Shown: positions 49,273-62,525, counted from the first letter of the whole stretch. The stretch: DNA of 63,971 bases, filler included, from Ionaspis alba (GCA_964255285.1; 3 parts of 3 records of this genome joined end to end with filler, not necessarily neighbours in it), one strand, 5' to 3'. The notes: generated from the sequence alone by a model not told the origin. Translations and numbers: made by a program.

Positions 49273-50413
49273 CTAGTCATCATCAGAGATCTCAACGATT
49301 TCGGGTGACTCCTGTAAAGCGAGCAATCTTCCTGGCCCTGCTACGTGCCATTTGTGTTACTACATCCCCATCCTCAGATCTTTCACGCTTCCTTTGCATA
49401 CCGGCCGCATCTTTCGCCTGACGAGCATTACTACACTCTGTTGAGGACGACTTAAGGTCTTTGGAACAAACTTACCTTGAGAATCTCAATGAGAGCGTCC
49501 TTTTCCTCCACAGTCAACGAACCTTGTGGCCGTTCTTCGAGTGGTATCGCTTCAGGCATTCGAGGAATGATTAGGAGATCCTGCAAGGACTCTGGGGACA
49601 TTCAGCTCATGCTTCCCATATTTATTGCGTGCTACGCTCACTTCTTGACATGCACTTGAAAGTGAAGCCAGCAACAGGAGAGTCTCGCCCATCTGTGTGG
49701 CGAATAAGAACTTTTCCTGGCCCTTTGGTGATGATTGAACCCCTGAGTCTACGTCATCCATCAAGTCGTCACGCGGCGGTGAAAGATTATAGCAAGACTT
49801 ACTTGGCACTGTGGGAGTCTACTTTGCCCTTCAACAATTTCTCTTCAATTTCGGCTCGCCCTCTCATGCCATCTGAGTCATCAAAATCGGATCCCGATTC
49901 GTCCCCTTCTTTCGCATAGGATGTACGAAAGACTTTGACCACAGTATTTCCAACCTCCTCCGGCTTGCTGCCTCGTGGACGAAAGACTTGAATAGTCCAC
50001 TAAATTTCTGATTAGCATTATCCTTGAAGCCAGCGACACCTTACGCAGCTCACAGGTCACGATCTCTCCAAAATTTGAAGGGCTATTCCCGCCATCGGCT
50101 TCTCCTTTCCCTCTCTATGCCTCTGATGATATGTTTCCAATCACTTCCAAGTTCGACTTCCCAGACTTCATTGTTCAACCACGCAATGCTCTAAATACCA
50201 TCCATCAATGAAGATAGCAAGTTTGATACCCGCTGAAGTAAAGTGGTCGGTAGGAGGTACTCGGATATCGATGGCAAACTTCATACCTGACTCTGTCTCG
50301 ATATATCTCGTCGACCTACTCAGATTAGTGTCTAGCTTACTGTGGTCTTGAAATTCCGGTACTTCGAAGCCTTTGTCGGAGATCGAGACCTCCAAATCAC
50401 CGAGAACCGTCAT
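49273..50413 (-). pseudogene. Frameshifted tandem paralogue of the 47389-48573 gene
   Basis: Same motif order and exon layout (RYIETESGMKFAI, IFIDG, IEEKLLKGKVDSH, FTFKCMSR, SLQDLLIIP..PLEERP, EIVEISDDD*). It carries a frameshift at ~50170, an in-frame TAG at ~50083, and apparent extra-T frameshifts at ~50070 and ~49317. Confidence 0.7.
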
Positions 50414-50467
50414 TGTGACATGTGACAGAAAAGTGTTTTTCTTCTTCCCATGAGACGAGGGAAACAC

Positions 50468-50677
50468 ACACAGCGTGGAATTTGACAAAACATGGGCAAA
50501 TTGTCAAAGCTACTTCATGGCCNNNNNNNNNNNNNNNNNNNNNNNNNNNNNNNNNNNNNNNNNNNNNNNNNNNNNNNNNNNNNNNNNNNNNNNNNNNNNN
50601 NNNNNNNNNNNNNNNNNNNNNNACACAGCGTGGAATTTGACAAAACATGGGCAAATTGTCAAAGCTACTTCATGGCC
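50468..50677. other. 100-N gap flanked by an exact 55-bp direct duplication (assembly overlap artefact)
   Basis: 50468-50522 is identical to 50623-50677. Confidence 0.9.
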
Positions 50678-51320
50678 GAAGCAATGTTGAGCTAGGTATG
50701 CGAGGCCATAAAGGTGATGAGGTATAAGAGAGCCACAGCAAGCTGCAAGAGAAAAAGAAAATGGATATCGAGTTGTCTAGTGTCCATAGTCAATGTAAAG
50801 GATTGATTTGATCGTGGTTAATTAGGTGCTTAGTCGGACGCCTTACGACTGTCAACTCTAAGGTGATAAACTTGAGCAGGGAACAAATTCTGGAGATTGA
50901 ATAGGTCAGCAGTAACATCTGCGGAATTCAAGATAGAAGTTAGATCCACATAATAATGCATCGGGAGTGCTGTGTATAGATACAATCTGAGCTGGCCAAC
51001 CGCCGAGGCCCTATTGCTCTTGGACTGAGAGCCCGCTGCAAAATCCTATCAACATAACGCCTATGATAATATGCAGGGTCGCAATTCATATTCCGGCAGC
51101 AAAGCACGCAGCATCATCGAGCCCAGAGCAGGCCGAAGAGCGATTAAGCAATTAAACACAAGAAATGCCAATATGGGCCCAATGAGGCGCATGGTATCAT
51201 CGATGCATCCCCAATATTCGTCTAGCGCCACGATGATGCGGGCCCGGTATCGTCTATCAATTACCAAGAGGATCAAGTGTATACCCCAGCCATTTCGGGA
51301 TTCAGACTCAACCCAAGTCA

Positions 51321-52313
51321 CTACCATAATCCTACTCGTCGGGGAAGTCCAACTCCATATGTACCAGCAAGAAGCTCTTGTCGAACGGCATTGATATCGT
51401 CGCCTCCTCGAGGTTGTTGTTGTTGAGACTGTGACTGGCCTCCCATCCATCCGAGGACCGCACTGAGCTCATCGACTGCCTCCTGGAGTTTCCCATTTGC
51501 TTGCTCATTATGTTTCGATAGCTTTTGATCCCATCCTCCATACTGTAACTGTATGCCACCAGCTCGCTTCGCCGCTTCCCGAAATACCAAAGCCCACGCC
51601 TTGGAAATCTCCTCGTAGGCATTCTGCTTGTGTAGACTATTCTGAAAATTATCCCAGTTAGGAAGATGGTGTATGATGTTCGTAGCACCGTCTAGAAACG
51701 CGAGTGACTGTGTTGCTTGAGCTTCATTGGGTGGGAGGAAATGTGGAGTAAAGTCGTTCAGGGCATCCAATAAAGCCATAAGTTGCTGTCGTACTCGGTT
51801 GTATGCATATTCGGATGTGGAACTACCACCAAAAGGAAATGATGCTCGAAGTGCAGATTCGTAATTTTTGAGGACGCCGAGTGCAGACGATACACTTGGC
51901 CTAGGGGCAGTATTGACGACCTCGGACCCGATAGATGGATGATGTTCGCAGATTGTCCTCAGTACCCCTCGTAACGAGTCTGCATCTAGAGTCTCTAGCA
52001 ACCGAGGAAGAGCAAGAGGTCTGCCAGCAAGCGATTTGGCCCTTTTTATGGATCGAGGTGTAGGTAGGTGTTGGGTATGTATGCTTGGCGAGTTCGAGGG
52101 CGAAGCAGACATGCGATCTTCCGATCGAGGCTCATCATCCTCGGCTTTTCTCTTCCGAGTGTTGGAGCTGCTAGGCTGGATAGACACTGCAAGCAAACAT
52201 TAGTGAATGACGAGATGGACGACAAATGGTTACGGACTCGAGCGAGAAGGAGAAAGGCGAGTGTTGTACAGCTGGTGAGGAAAAGGGGGCGGGGTGGAGA
52301 TGATGCTGCTCAT
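51321..52313 (-). CDS. STS1: Nuclear proteasome tethering factor Sts1/Cut8
   Basis: [28 protein letters not shown]...[28 protein letters not shown]; one intron near 52190-52234. Confidence 0.92.
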
Positions 52314-52886
52314 TGCTGCGAGATGGTCCGAATAGACAAGGGCTTCGAAGCTCGGTGAAAGGAGGTTTAGGACGCTGATGTGTATCACGGGTTTGAGATC
52401 AAAGAAGAGTGGAGTTCGTTCACGGGAGGTCGCTTCGACGTAGGGCTGAAGCTTGATCGTTCTGGTTTCGAGAACCGCTCGACCTATCAAATTGTTTGAA
52501 AGTTACTCTTTGCTTTCTGTTCATACACTCTCTTTCAGCGTCCGGATTGTTGCAGTTCCAAGGTTACTTTTCTATACTTGTGCTTATTATTGAAGATCGG
52601 CTACTCTCTAGACGTTGCGGTAAGAGTGACTGGCAGCGATATGAGAATGGTGGGAAAGTTCTCGAGTGTCCTTTGCATCGCTATGTTTGCATGTGCCGAG
52701 CAGCCAGATAGTCACCGAGCATGACAGGTAATACGTAGACACTGAAAACAAGAACTTGTGTAGACAAGACGTTCTTCTCAACGGCTCACGCGGCAGAAGC
52801 ATTATCCTGCTATTTCCACATTTCAACCATCAAGAGTTCGCTATACCCTTGCTATGCAGTCGAGCATTGGATTATCGACGCTGTAA

Positions 52887-55800
52887 TCAAAGGTATAACG
52901 ACTGAGCAGCCACTATATCCCGCCGAACCTTGAGAAGAGACTGCTCGAACTTTTGCTGCAAGTCTTCACTGCCCATGACCTTTGCTGCTTGTGCCATCTG
53001 ACGCAACAGTTCTTCTAGTCGTCTGAATAATCGGATTAAGCTACCTTCGTAGACATCCGTCATTTTACTATAGCAAATCAGCCCACCAATCATCCTTTCC
53101 TATGTCAAGGACAAGCTCACCAAATCTCAGCAAAGGACTTTCCGTGGGACCAAGCATAAACAACCTCCATAAGTTGATATTTGAAGTTCTGGACATACTC
53201 TTCCTCATTGACAGGTAGTTTACTTTCTTGTGCAACCTTGGCGACTATTCTTGCCTGTGCTTGGATTTCTCTGAAAGGCTTGGCCAACTCTTCTTTCAGA
53301 GCAGGAGATTCCGCCTTCTCTTCGAAGATGAATACGCTGAGCACTGCCGCACAGAGCTCTGGAGAGAGTTCATTGAAGAAGCGGTTGAACAGAAGCTCAC
53401 TAAGGAGAAGTTCGTCTCCTGTACTGATTTCGCACGCCACCCGAGCTTTGAGCTCCACAACTTCAGCATCGTTGATGAAGCCAAAGCGACGAAGCACCCG
53501 CTTCCGACATTTCAGCTCGTCTAGCTGCATGATGGAAACAGCGACGTTAATCTGCTTCTTCAGAGACCTAGTCTTATCCGAAAGCGCCATCTTCTTGGCA
53601 TACTGATTGTAGAGATCAGGTAGACGAGGGGAGTTGTGCAGGGGGTTTGAGAGCAAGCGCGACTCGAGGACTTCGATTTTCTGTGCCTTATTAGTCGTGG
53701 ATCTATCAGCAGCCAAAGTCAGCTTACCCGCAGTAATTTCTTGAATGAACTATCCGTAATTCCCATGTTCTCGATAGGATCGAGTACTGCGATTCCATCG
53801 GGGAATCTTCGTTTGACTTCCTCGAGCGACTTCCTCACAGTATTTCTCTGATCGGCTGAGTTTAGATTTTGCGGTAGAAATATTCTAATGTGACCTATCG
53901 ACTCGATACAAGAGAGCAACACTGGTACGACCTCCATTTTTGACTTCTCGCCTTCGGCTGGAGGACGAACACCTTGAGGCAGATCCTGATGTGTCTTCGT
54001 GCCATTTGAGGAGCTATCAGCAACTTGTAATAATACATCGAGGACGAATTGTTGCTGCGGAGGGATAGGCTCTTTTTGATCTCGACTAGGCTTTCTCTGG
54101 GTGAAGTTGACAACTGCTCCCCAGCCAAAATCATTGTCCATGTACTTGATCCTGACCAGTCGACCAGATTGCATGAATTGAAGGCAATAGTTGGGGTGGT
54201 TGATCACGTCATGCATGTCTTTCGTGTAAGTGCTGAGCTGCTGCCGTAGTTCATAATAGTCTCGAATAGTACCTTCGTCCGGGATCTCCATCATGGATTT
54301 TTGAATCTCAAGCTCGTGCAACTCTGATCATAAAATTAGTTCTTCCAAACTTTGACAGGCATTCAGCACAGATCATACCCTTTTCCAGCCCGGACACGCT
54401 TGCAGTGTTTTGGAATTGATAGAAGCATCTTTCTAGCATGAACTCTGGGGAGATTCCTTCAACTCTCATTAGATTGAGAATCATGTTATATCCCAGGTAG
54501 AACGCCGAGTTGAGCTTGTCCTGTTCTCCACGCACAATCTCTTTTGCTACTGCGGGTTCCATTTTCTCATCAATCATCATGATCACAATTCCACGATCAT
54601 CGAGACCACGACGGCCTGCACGACCAGACATCTGCACAAATTCCGACGGTGTCACCCACCGTTGCGAAACACCATCGAATTTCCGAACGCTAGTGAAGAC
54701 CACCGTTTTCGCTGGCATATTGAGACCAATTGAAAAGGTCTCTGTTGCGAATAGAACTTTGATGAGCCCTTCCTGGAAAAGAATCTCGATTGCCTCCTTC
54801 AGGATTGGTAAGAGACCAGAATGATGGATACCTATCCCTCGCTTGAGAAGCGGAAGAATGTTGTGGATTTGTGGAAGCTGCTTGTCTTCTTCAGAAAGAT
54901 TGTTCAATGCATTGTCAAAGACCTTTTGAACCATGGCCTTTTCGGAGTCATCGTTGAAAGTTAGATTGCTCATTTGCAAAGCGTATGCCTCACACTGATT
55001 CTTACTGAAACTGAAGACTATCACTGGATTGTAGTTCTTGAGCATAATCATCTTAACAATCTTGTAGATATCGGAAGGTCCTTTGGTGCCACCCTTGTTG
55101 AGCTTCTTGTCTTTACCCCTGCCTTTTCTTTTAGCCATCGCATCTGCAGGATCATCTCCCATCTTGTCGGCTATGGTGTTCATAGCTTTATTGAAATTTT
55201 CTTCCCGGAAGACTCCCTTCTCGTCCACTACCAAGTGAATCCCGTCAGCTCCTTGAGGGAAAAAGTAGTGCTGAAGGGGTGTAGGGCGGAAGTCCGTGTA
55301 CACAACGTGACATGGTTGACTATGGGTCTTTGTGATCCATTCTGCAAATTGCATGGCATTCGGAATTGTTGCAGATAGGAAGACATAGCGAACTTTGTCC
55401 GGAAGCAAGATGATCGTCTCTTCCCAGACAACACCACGAGCTTTGTCTCGTAGGTAATGGATCTCGTCAAAAATAACCCATGCTACTTCTCGCATGATCT
55501 CTGAGCCCCTATAGAGCATGGATCGAAGAATCTCCGTTGTCATGACCAGACATGTCGCGGTAGGATTTATCGTAACATCACCAGTCATCAGCCCCACGTC
55601 TCCAAATTCTCCCATGAACTCTCTGTACTTTTGGTTGCTGAGTGCCTTTATTGGACTTGTATAGATAACCCTCTGGTTATTTTTCAGACTCTGTGCAATA
55701 GCATACTCTGCTACTACTGTTTTCCCCGCACTGGTGTGAGCAGACACGAGCACACTCTCACCTCTTTCTATTGACGCGATGGAAACCTGTTGGAATGGAT

Positions 55801-56272
55801 CCAACTTGAATGGCCATGTTCGCGCTGGGGTCTCTGGAGGTATGTGGTCTGAGATAGGAATGTAATCGTAATCTGGTGGTAATGCTACTTGATGCCTGAC
55901 TTGATGTGACAAGACCATAGCAGTTCCTTCCTTTGATGCCTGAAGTCCTGCTGACGCTGCCACTTCTCTTGACTGCTCAGTTTCAAAAGTGTCCGTGACC
56001 ACAGGTTCTGGCTCAGCATCTCGCCGCTGCCGCTTTGGCTCTGGTTGTTCTGCCACATCGTCCTGCAAGCTCGTGGCATTCTGTTCGCTATCTCCTCGAG
56101 ACCCGTCCACAAAGGCAGCCTCATCTACCTCCACGTTCCCATCGTGGTCCTTAGAATCACCGTTTGCCTGTCTCTTCTTGCTCTTGTCCTTTTTGGGCCT
56201 TTTTCTGCCTTCTACAGGAGCGGCTTTCACGCCTTGTGGCGGATCGTCAAAGACATCAAAGAGCTCAACCAT
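52887..56272 (-). CDS. MTR4: Ski2-like RNA helicase Mtr4/Dob1 (4 exons)
   Basis: [50 protein letters not shown], arch/KOW region, and the C-terminal [12 protein letters not shown]. Confidence 0.97.
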
Positions 56273-56560
56273 GGCTAGAAGATGATATTAGAGCTCTGTT
56301 TGACCTCTACATACCAATTGCGCATTGTAAGACAACACAAAAAAAGCTCTGTATGTGTTACCTAGTTATTGAAGCTCGTTCCACTACAACTAGCGCAATT
56401 TTTTAAGGTTGCGCTTCGCGGAAGTTTCCGCCGCGGAACTCTAGTCTAAGCTCCCTCTCGATAAATTCCGCGCAAGACTCGTCTTCATAGTCACCGATAA
56501 TTGGTATTATCCTATCACTATTGATCTTCTACCACTTACCGCGCCTACCAATAAGAAGTT

Positions 56561-58671
56561 ATGACAGAAAGTGAGGCTCGGACCTCAAAGCGCTCACGCT
56601 TCGACCAGACCGAGTCGGATGCGAAAAGATCCTCTCGATTTGATCGGCGCTCTCGCTCACCGTCGACCCGACACTCAGAAAGCAGACGTAGTCGAAGCCC
56701 CATAGCAAGAGAGAAAGCTTCCAGCGATGGTCCCGATGAGAAGAAGAAGTCGGGGTTAGATCCAGCAGCAGCAGCTGGTGAGCTATACGTTCCAGGCCTA
56801 CTACGAGAATGGCAATTCAAGGCTAAAATTTATAATTATAGCCGCTGCCGCCGCCAGGATCAATGCTTCCATACAAGCCAAGAAAGGTGTTCAGCATGTC
56901 GATGTACCTCCGATACGTTCGGTATGGCACACAAATCAGTCCTCTAGTCACTTGTTGAGCTGTTTGAGGTCAAATCTAATTCTTAGCCTTAAGGTCGCAA
57001 GTCCGACGGTCAAATCTGCATCGCCCGGTATATCCGGCTCGAGCACAAGTAACATAAATGGGGACATGTATATTGCGGACGGTGATTACATCAAAGACAT
57101 CGAGGTCAATGACCTCCGAAATCGATACACACTGACCAAAGGATCCACACAAAAGATGGTAAATACTCTTGTCATATCCACTGATACACTCAGGCACTGC
57201 ACCTTCAAATTCATACCAGCGGTTCTCAAGGCACACTTCGTCTCTTTCATTCTGTTCTTATCGTGGAAGGACTTTGAAAGCTTACACTGAGCTGATATAG
57301 CACATTGAAACCCCTCATTTGCATCTGCTGACCTCCGCTGCGTGACATCTAGATCAAAGAGGAGACTGGCGCCGGTACGCTCTACACTTATCTCACAGAA
57401 TGATTTGATAGATGCTCATGCTTTCAAGATGTCACCACGAGAGGAAACTATTATCCTGACAAAAGCATGGCTACAGCAGCCGTGAGTATTCCTAGGACTA
57501 TGTAAACCTTTGGTAGCCTTCGTTGCTCATGCTTTACAGAGTCCACCGCTCTATCTACACATCACCAGTACCACAAAAGATGGACTCGAAAAAGCTGTTG
57601 CCCGGGTGGAGGAATTAATGAAGCAGGAGCTTCCTAATCTAGTCGACGAAAGACGCTTCCGGCGACGAGAACCCGATCAAGTAGAAAGAGATGAGTTTGG
57701 ACGAGTATGACTTGACTCACAGTCTACTGCGACGGTCATCTACTAACAATTGAACAGCGGAAATGGCCTGAAGAACGCATTGCGATCGATCTTGAGCCGC
57801 TCCCTGGATTCAACCTTCGAGCTCAGGTCGTTGGTCACGGAGGTGCTTACGTCAAACACATCCAGCAGGAGACTCGTTGCCGAGTGCAAATCAAAGGTCG
57901 GGGCTCAGGATTCATGGAACATGGAAGTGGGCAGGAAAGTGATGAGCCGATGTACCTCCATGTAGCGTATGTTGAACTTCCTGCTTTCTCCTTTCGTCGA
58001 GGAAAGTTCTCACAACATCACAGCGGTCCTGATCCAGTTGAGGTTCAACGCGCGAAAGAACTTTGCGAGGATCTGTTGGCAAATGTCAAAGAGCAATACC
58101 AGCGTTTCAAGGACAACCCACCGCAGCAGAGAGGTTACGGGTCTGGAAGCTATGGTCAAGGAGATCGACAGGGCTATGGAAGTTACAGTGGTGGCTACGG
58201 AGGTGGCTACGGCACTCCAGCGTCATCTGCTCAAAGTCCGGGAGTGCAAGCACCGCCGGGTACTCCTGGAGCTCCTGGTGCTGGAAACTCAATGGCAGAC
58301 TATGGCGCCCAATACGCCCAATACTATGGCCAGTCAGGGCAAGATCCGTATGCTCAGTACGGTGGCTATGCGGGTTACGTAGCGGCCTACCAATGTGAGT
58401 GACGTTTTTCCTAGATTTGCAGGAAGGGAAAATCGTAGACGCTAACGTGTACCTTCGAATTCAGACTACCAGCAGCAAGCAGCACAACAGCAACAGTCGC
58501 CTCCAGGAGCACCGCCAGGACCATCGACTGAGCCTCCTCCACCTCCACCCCCCAGTGGCTCTCCTCCTAGCGGCGGCTTTAATGCGGTAAGTATTGTATA
58601 GTTGTGACCGAGACCACCTTCTGTACTACAAGTCTGACGACCAGCAGGTTCCGCCACCGCCTGGAATGTGA
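56561..58671 (+). CDS. KH-domain RNA-binding protein (KHDC4/BLOM7-like splicing factor), ~9 exons
   Basis: RS-rich N-terminus, AAAAAARINA, IKDIEVNDLRNRYTLTKGSTQKMIKEETGADVTTRG, PPLYLHI, FNLRAQVVGHGG.YVKHIQQET.CRVQIKGRGSGF, and a G/Y/Q/P-rich tail ending VPPPPGM*. Confidence 0.9.
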
Positions 58672-59073
58672 GCAACTATTATTCGATACTTCGTCCAGAT
58701 GCTTCGTTCCGCGCAATCGAATCCCAGCCTTTGACAAGGTTGGGCTCTCTGGTCCTACAATTCCCAGGCACTGAATTATTTTTGAGGACTCCTGAGAGTC
58801 ATGCGATAACACGCGGAAGGATGCTGAAGGTCATCATGAGCTTTTCAATTGCTTCTATTATCTGTTCTTCTTCTGCTCTATCGATGACAAGTCAAAAGCG
58901 GGAGAGCGACAGATTGAATGCTTGCAGTGCTGCGATCATTCTAAGCTTAAAGAAGGATCCCTTCTAATCCGCAGTCACTCAAGCTCCAGACGCCATGCAA
59001 TCAGCCACTATAATGAATTCCACTACACTCTCCCCTGCCAGAACCTCCAATAGCTCATTTAGCATGTGCAAAG

Positions 59074-60576
59074 TCAATCATAACCTTCACCATAAAAATC
59101 ACTCCTTTCTCTCTGCGTGCTAACCCACTCCTCACTTGCCAGCCCCTCATCCTTCCGCTTCTTTAGGCCCTCGGCGTTTTTACACCAATCGCAAGCAAAA
59201 TCACATTCCGGGGGATGTTCCCTGTCTCCAAAATACTGACTAATGAGCCTGTGCCTGCACGTCTCCGTATCCTCGCAATACTCCACTAGCTTCTGGAAGC
59301 TCTGTGCCCTGCCCTTCGCCTGCCCTGATCTGGATACCTTTCCTTCAGCTGCAGCCGCATCCTTTGCAATTCGATATGACGCTCGGTCACGATCTTCTCT
59401 ACTGTAGAAAAGCATGCAGACGCTCGCCTTACCATCCCGTCCTGCTCGTCCACTCTCCTGGATGAAGCCCTCAAAGCTCTTCGGCATGCACCAATGCACA
59501 ACGAACCGCACATTCTCCTTGTCAATACCCATCCCAAAAGCCGTAGTGGCTACCACGATTTCAGAGCCGGCCTCGTTCTTAATCCACTTCGCTAAACAAT
59601 CTGCTCTCTCACTGTTCGACAAGCCGGCGTGATATGCTGCTGCACCAATCATTTGTGAGCGTAGCCGTGCTGCCAGCAAGTCACACTCGGAGCGCATCGT
59701 CGTATAGATGATGCCGGAGACTCCGTTCGGGCGCTCCATTCTGGCAGCTAGCTCGGCTTTGCGGGCCGAATCGGTTGCTCGTCTTCGGTGGATTGCTTGT
59801 AGCCAAGAGACAAAGTGAGCGAAGCGGATATCGTCCGAGTCAGAGGTGAATTGGATTTCGTAGTGCAGATTTGGCCGAGAAGAAGCCGTAGTGAACACCT
59901 TGAGCTTGGCCGGGTCAAGGCCTAGCGTGGAAATGATGTCCTGGCGGACGTGAGCCGTGCTGGTGGCCGTGAGACAGATGATAGGGGTTAAGGGAAAGGT
60001 TTGCCGGAAATACACGAGTTGGAGATACGCTTGGCGGAAGTCGTGGCCCCATTCTGAGATGCAATGGGCTTCGTCGACGGCAATGCGGCGGAGCTCCTTT
60101 TGCGTATAGATGGTTTGCAGGTGCCGGCGGAAGGTCTCCGTTTGACAAAATTCCGGCGTCACGTAGAGGAGGCGGATGCGTGGGTGACCGCATCTCAAGT
60201 CGTCGAGGATGGCGTTGCGCTCTGTAACAGTAGTGTGTGAGTTAATGGTTGCTACTTCTATGCCCTCTTTCTGAAGAGCGGCAACTTGGTTGTTCATCAA
60301 CGCAAGTAAGGGCGAGATGACGACAGTGATACCATGATCGTCGGTCACAGCGGGAAGCTGGAAGCACAAGCTTTTGCCAAAGGAGGTGGCGGCTTGTACA
60401 AAGACATCGTGACCGTCTAGGACGGCGTTGATAATCTCGCGCTGAAATGGTCTTCAGGTTGTCAGTGATTGATACTGCGGATGGCTTTTAATTTCTTACC
60501 TAAAGCTTTTTTTCCCAAACACGCGTCGAAGGGTGAAATCAATATCGAACTTGATCCTGTTCGCTGTTACCGGCAT
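59074..60576 (-). CDS. Compact RecQ-family DNA helicase (helicase core plus Zn-binding part of RQC)
   Basis: Exon 1 ...LRRVFGKKSFR, ATSFGKSLCFQLP, SPLLALM, VDEAHCISEWGHDFR, TAT, ATTAFGMGIDK, QESGRAGRDG, CRH...YF...CDFACDWC. Confidence 0.93.
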
Positions 60577-60692
60577 GTTCTTTGATAAGGGCTAAGATGG
60601 TTGAGGCTTCTAAATACGCGAGATCTCGGGAGCCGGCCATTTAGTATTTACAGATTTCTAAATAGGGCAAGAATGGGCCACGGATTGTATTC

Positions 60693-62525
60693 CTAGGTAT
60701 ATACACCATCGTGCGCTGCAACAGATGTTGCTGATATGCCAGTAACACGATCCAGAACCAAAGATGCGATCTGGAAATCCCTATCGTCCGCTTTCCATCT
60801 GCTCTTAAGTTCCTCCCAAATTTCCAGCGTCCTGTCATTTCCACAACATTTGCCAAATGCTCTCAAGATCCATATAACCGTCCATTTCGAGATGTACACA
60901 TCCGGCAAGTCCTCATCAAGGAGCAGAGTGAAGGAGCTCCATACACTTTCTAGTCGTCCAATGGTCCAAGACGTGTACCTTACCCCGCCATGGATGGAGA
61001 AGCCTCGAAAGAGCTCCATAAAGAATCTGCTGTTTATAGGGAGGCCAATGGTTTGCATCTCGTCTAACAGCGTGGCCACGTGATGTAGCTCGCCCGTCTG
61101 CGAGACGTGATGTTCAAGAAGAATCACATAAGTACGCACGTCGGGAGAGAGCGACTGCTCGTCCTGGTACTTTTGTCGTGCCAAGGCATTATCCCTATAG
61201 AGATCTGCTGCTCGCTGAAGAGTGCGACCCAGATCCCGTCTAGCTCTCCAATCGAGGTTTGGAGCTTTTAAACCTGTTCGCTTGGCATGCATTTGCTTCA
61301 TTCGTTCATAAACCTGCTCAGCAGCAGGACCTTCGCCGGCTCTGAGTAGGGAGGCGATCACACAATTCAGAACGACGGTATCGATGATTTCGCCAGCTTC
61401 GACCATTTCCCGATATGCTTTCCGCACCCCTTCACCATCGCCCTTCATACCGTAATAATAGATGAGTCCCACATGTCCATAGCGATTCAGTGGTAACTTC
61501 CTGGTCTCCATCTCCTTCATGATCATTTCTGCTAGCACATATTTCCCTGCCTTGACAGCAATATCAAACAGTATATTGAAGGTGACATGGCATGCGCTGA
61601 CACCAGCCTCCTCTTCCATATCCTTCCAGGTGCGGAGGGCGGCCTCGACCTCAACAGCTGAGACCCTAGCGAAACAACGGCCAGTCAGATACACGGCGCT
61701 GTTCCATTCGGCCACTCCTAGCGGTAGTCCAGCTACTTTCATGTCCTCAACGACAGAAAGATATAAAAACGTCGTTCGCGTTGTTTTCTTCTCGATAACG
61801 GAGAGCCTTTGAAGTAGCCTACGCCGCATGTCTCCTGAAAGGAAGCGAACTCCGGGGTATGGAATCGTTTTATAGCTCTCATATAACGCTTCGTTGCTCG
61901 TAGTCTCGTCCTTAATCATGCTGATTGCATGTTGGATAGCCTGGTTCTCTTCGTTTGTCTGTGCAACTTTCTGCGCATCGTCTTCGATCCGGTCATCGGA
62001 GATCCAATTTCTCCCAAAGGGCTCCAATGGAGGTGGCTTTGGTGGCTCAGAATTCTGTAGAGCTGGAGCATTTGCATAATAGCCCTCTCCGTAATAATCC
62101 AGCATAGCTTTGTAGTCCTCCTGCGTAGCATGACTTGTCAGGGCTCGGGACTGGCTTCGTGTTTTCGTTTGATTATGGAGAAGACGTGTTCGGTCACTAA
62201 GTGACTTCAGAGGCCTCCGGCGAGCTCTATGAAAGAGATACGTTCGTGTAGTTGGAATTGTAGGCAAATATATTGTCTCGCCATGTTTTTCACAGGTTCC
62301 TGCCCTGACTAACGCGGCAACAAAGAAGGTATCCATGAAAACTTGTACAGAGCTCTCGATATGCTTCGTTTGGGAATGTTTGGCAGAGTGCTGGCCTCTC
62401 CAGCTCAAATGGCTGTAAGGTTTGGAAGGAGCTGGGAGCAAATGGGCCATCGTTTGGATATGGCGTCCTATTTTGCCAGTGCTAGGACTGCTCATCGACC
62501 TGCCTATAGTACCTGTGAAGGTCAT
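60693..62525 (-). CDS. Pentatricopeptide repeat (PPR) protein, probably mitochondrial
   Basis: Repeats such as VTFNILFDIAVKAGKYVLAEMIMKEM, DTVVLNCVIASLLRAGEGPAAEQVYERM and PDVRTYVILL. Confidence 0.85.
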   Translation of the reverse strand: MTFTGTIGRSMSSPSTGKIGRHIQTMAHLLPAPSKPYSHLSWRGQHSAKHSQTKHIESSVQVFMDTFFVAALVRAGTCEKHGETIYLPTIPTTRTYLFHRARRRPLKSLSDRTRLLHNQTKTRSQSRALTSHATQEDYKAMLDYYGEGYYANAPALQNSEPPKPPPLEPFGRNWISDDRIEDDAQKVAQTNEENQAIQHAISMIKDETTSNEALYESYKTIPYPGVRFLSGDMRRRLLQRLSVIEKKTTRTTFLYLSVVEDMKVAGLPLGVAEWNSAVYLTGRCFARVSAVEVEAALRTWKDMEEEAGVSACHVTFNILFDIAVKAGKYVLAEMIMKEMETRKLPLNRYGHVGLIYYYGMKGDGEGVRKAYREMVEAGEIIDTVVLNCVIASLLRAGEGPAAEQVYERMKQMHAKRTGLKAPNLDWRARRDLGRTLQRAADLYRDNALARQKYQDEQSLSPDVRTYVILLEHHVSQTGELHHVATLLDEMQTIGLPINSRFFMELFRGFSIHGGVRYTSWTIGRLESVWSSFTLLLDEDLPDVYISKWTVIWILRAFGKCCGNDRTLEIWEELKSRWKADDRDFQIASLVLDRVTGISATSVAAHDGVYT

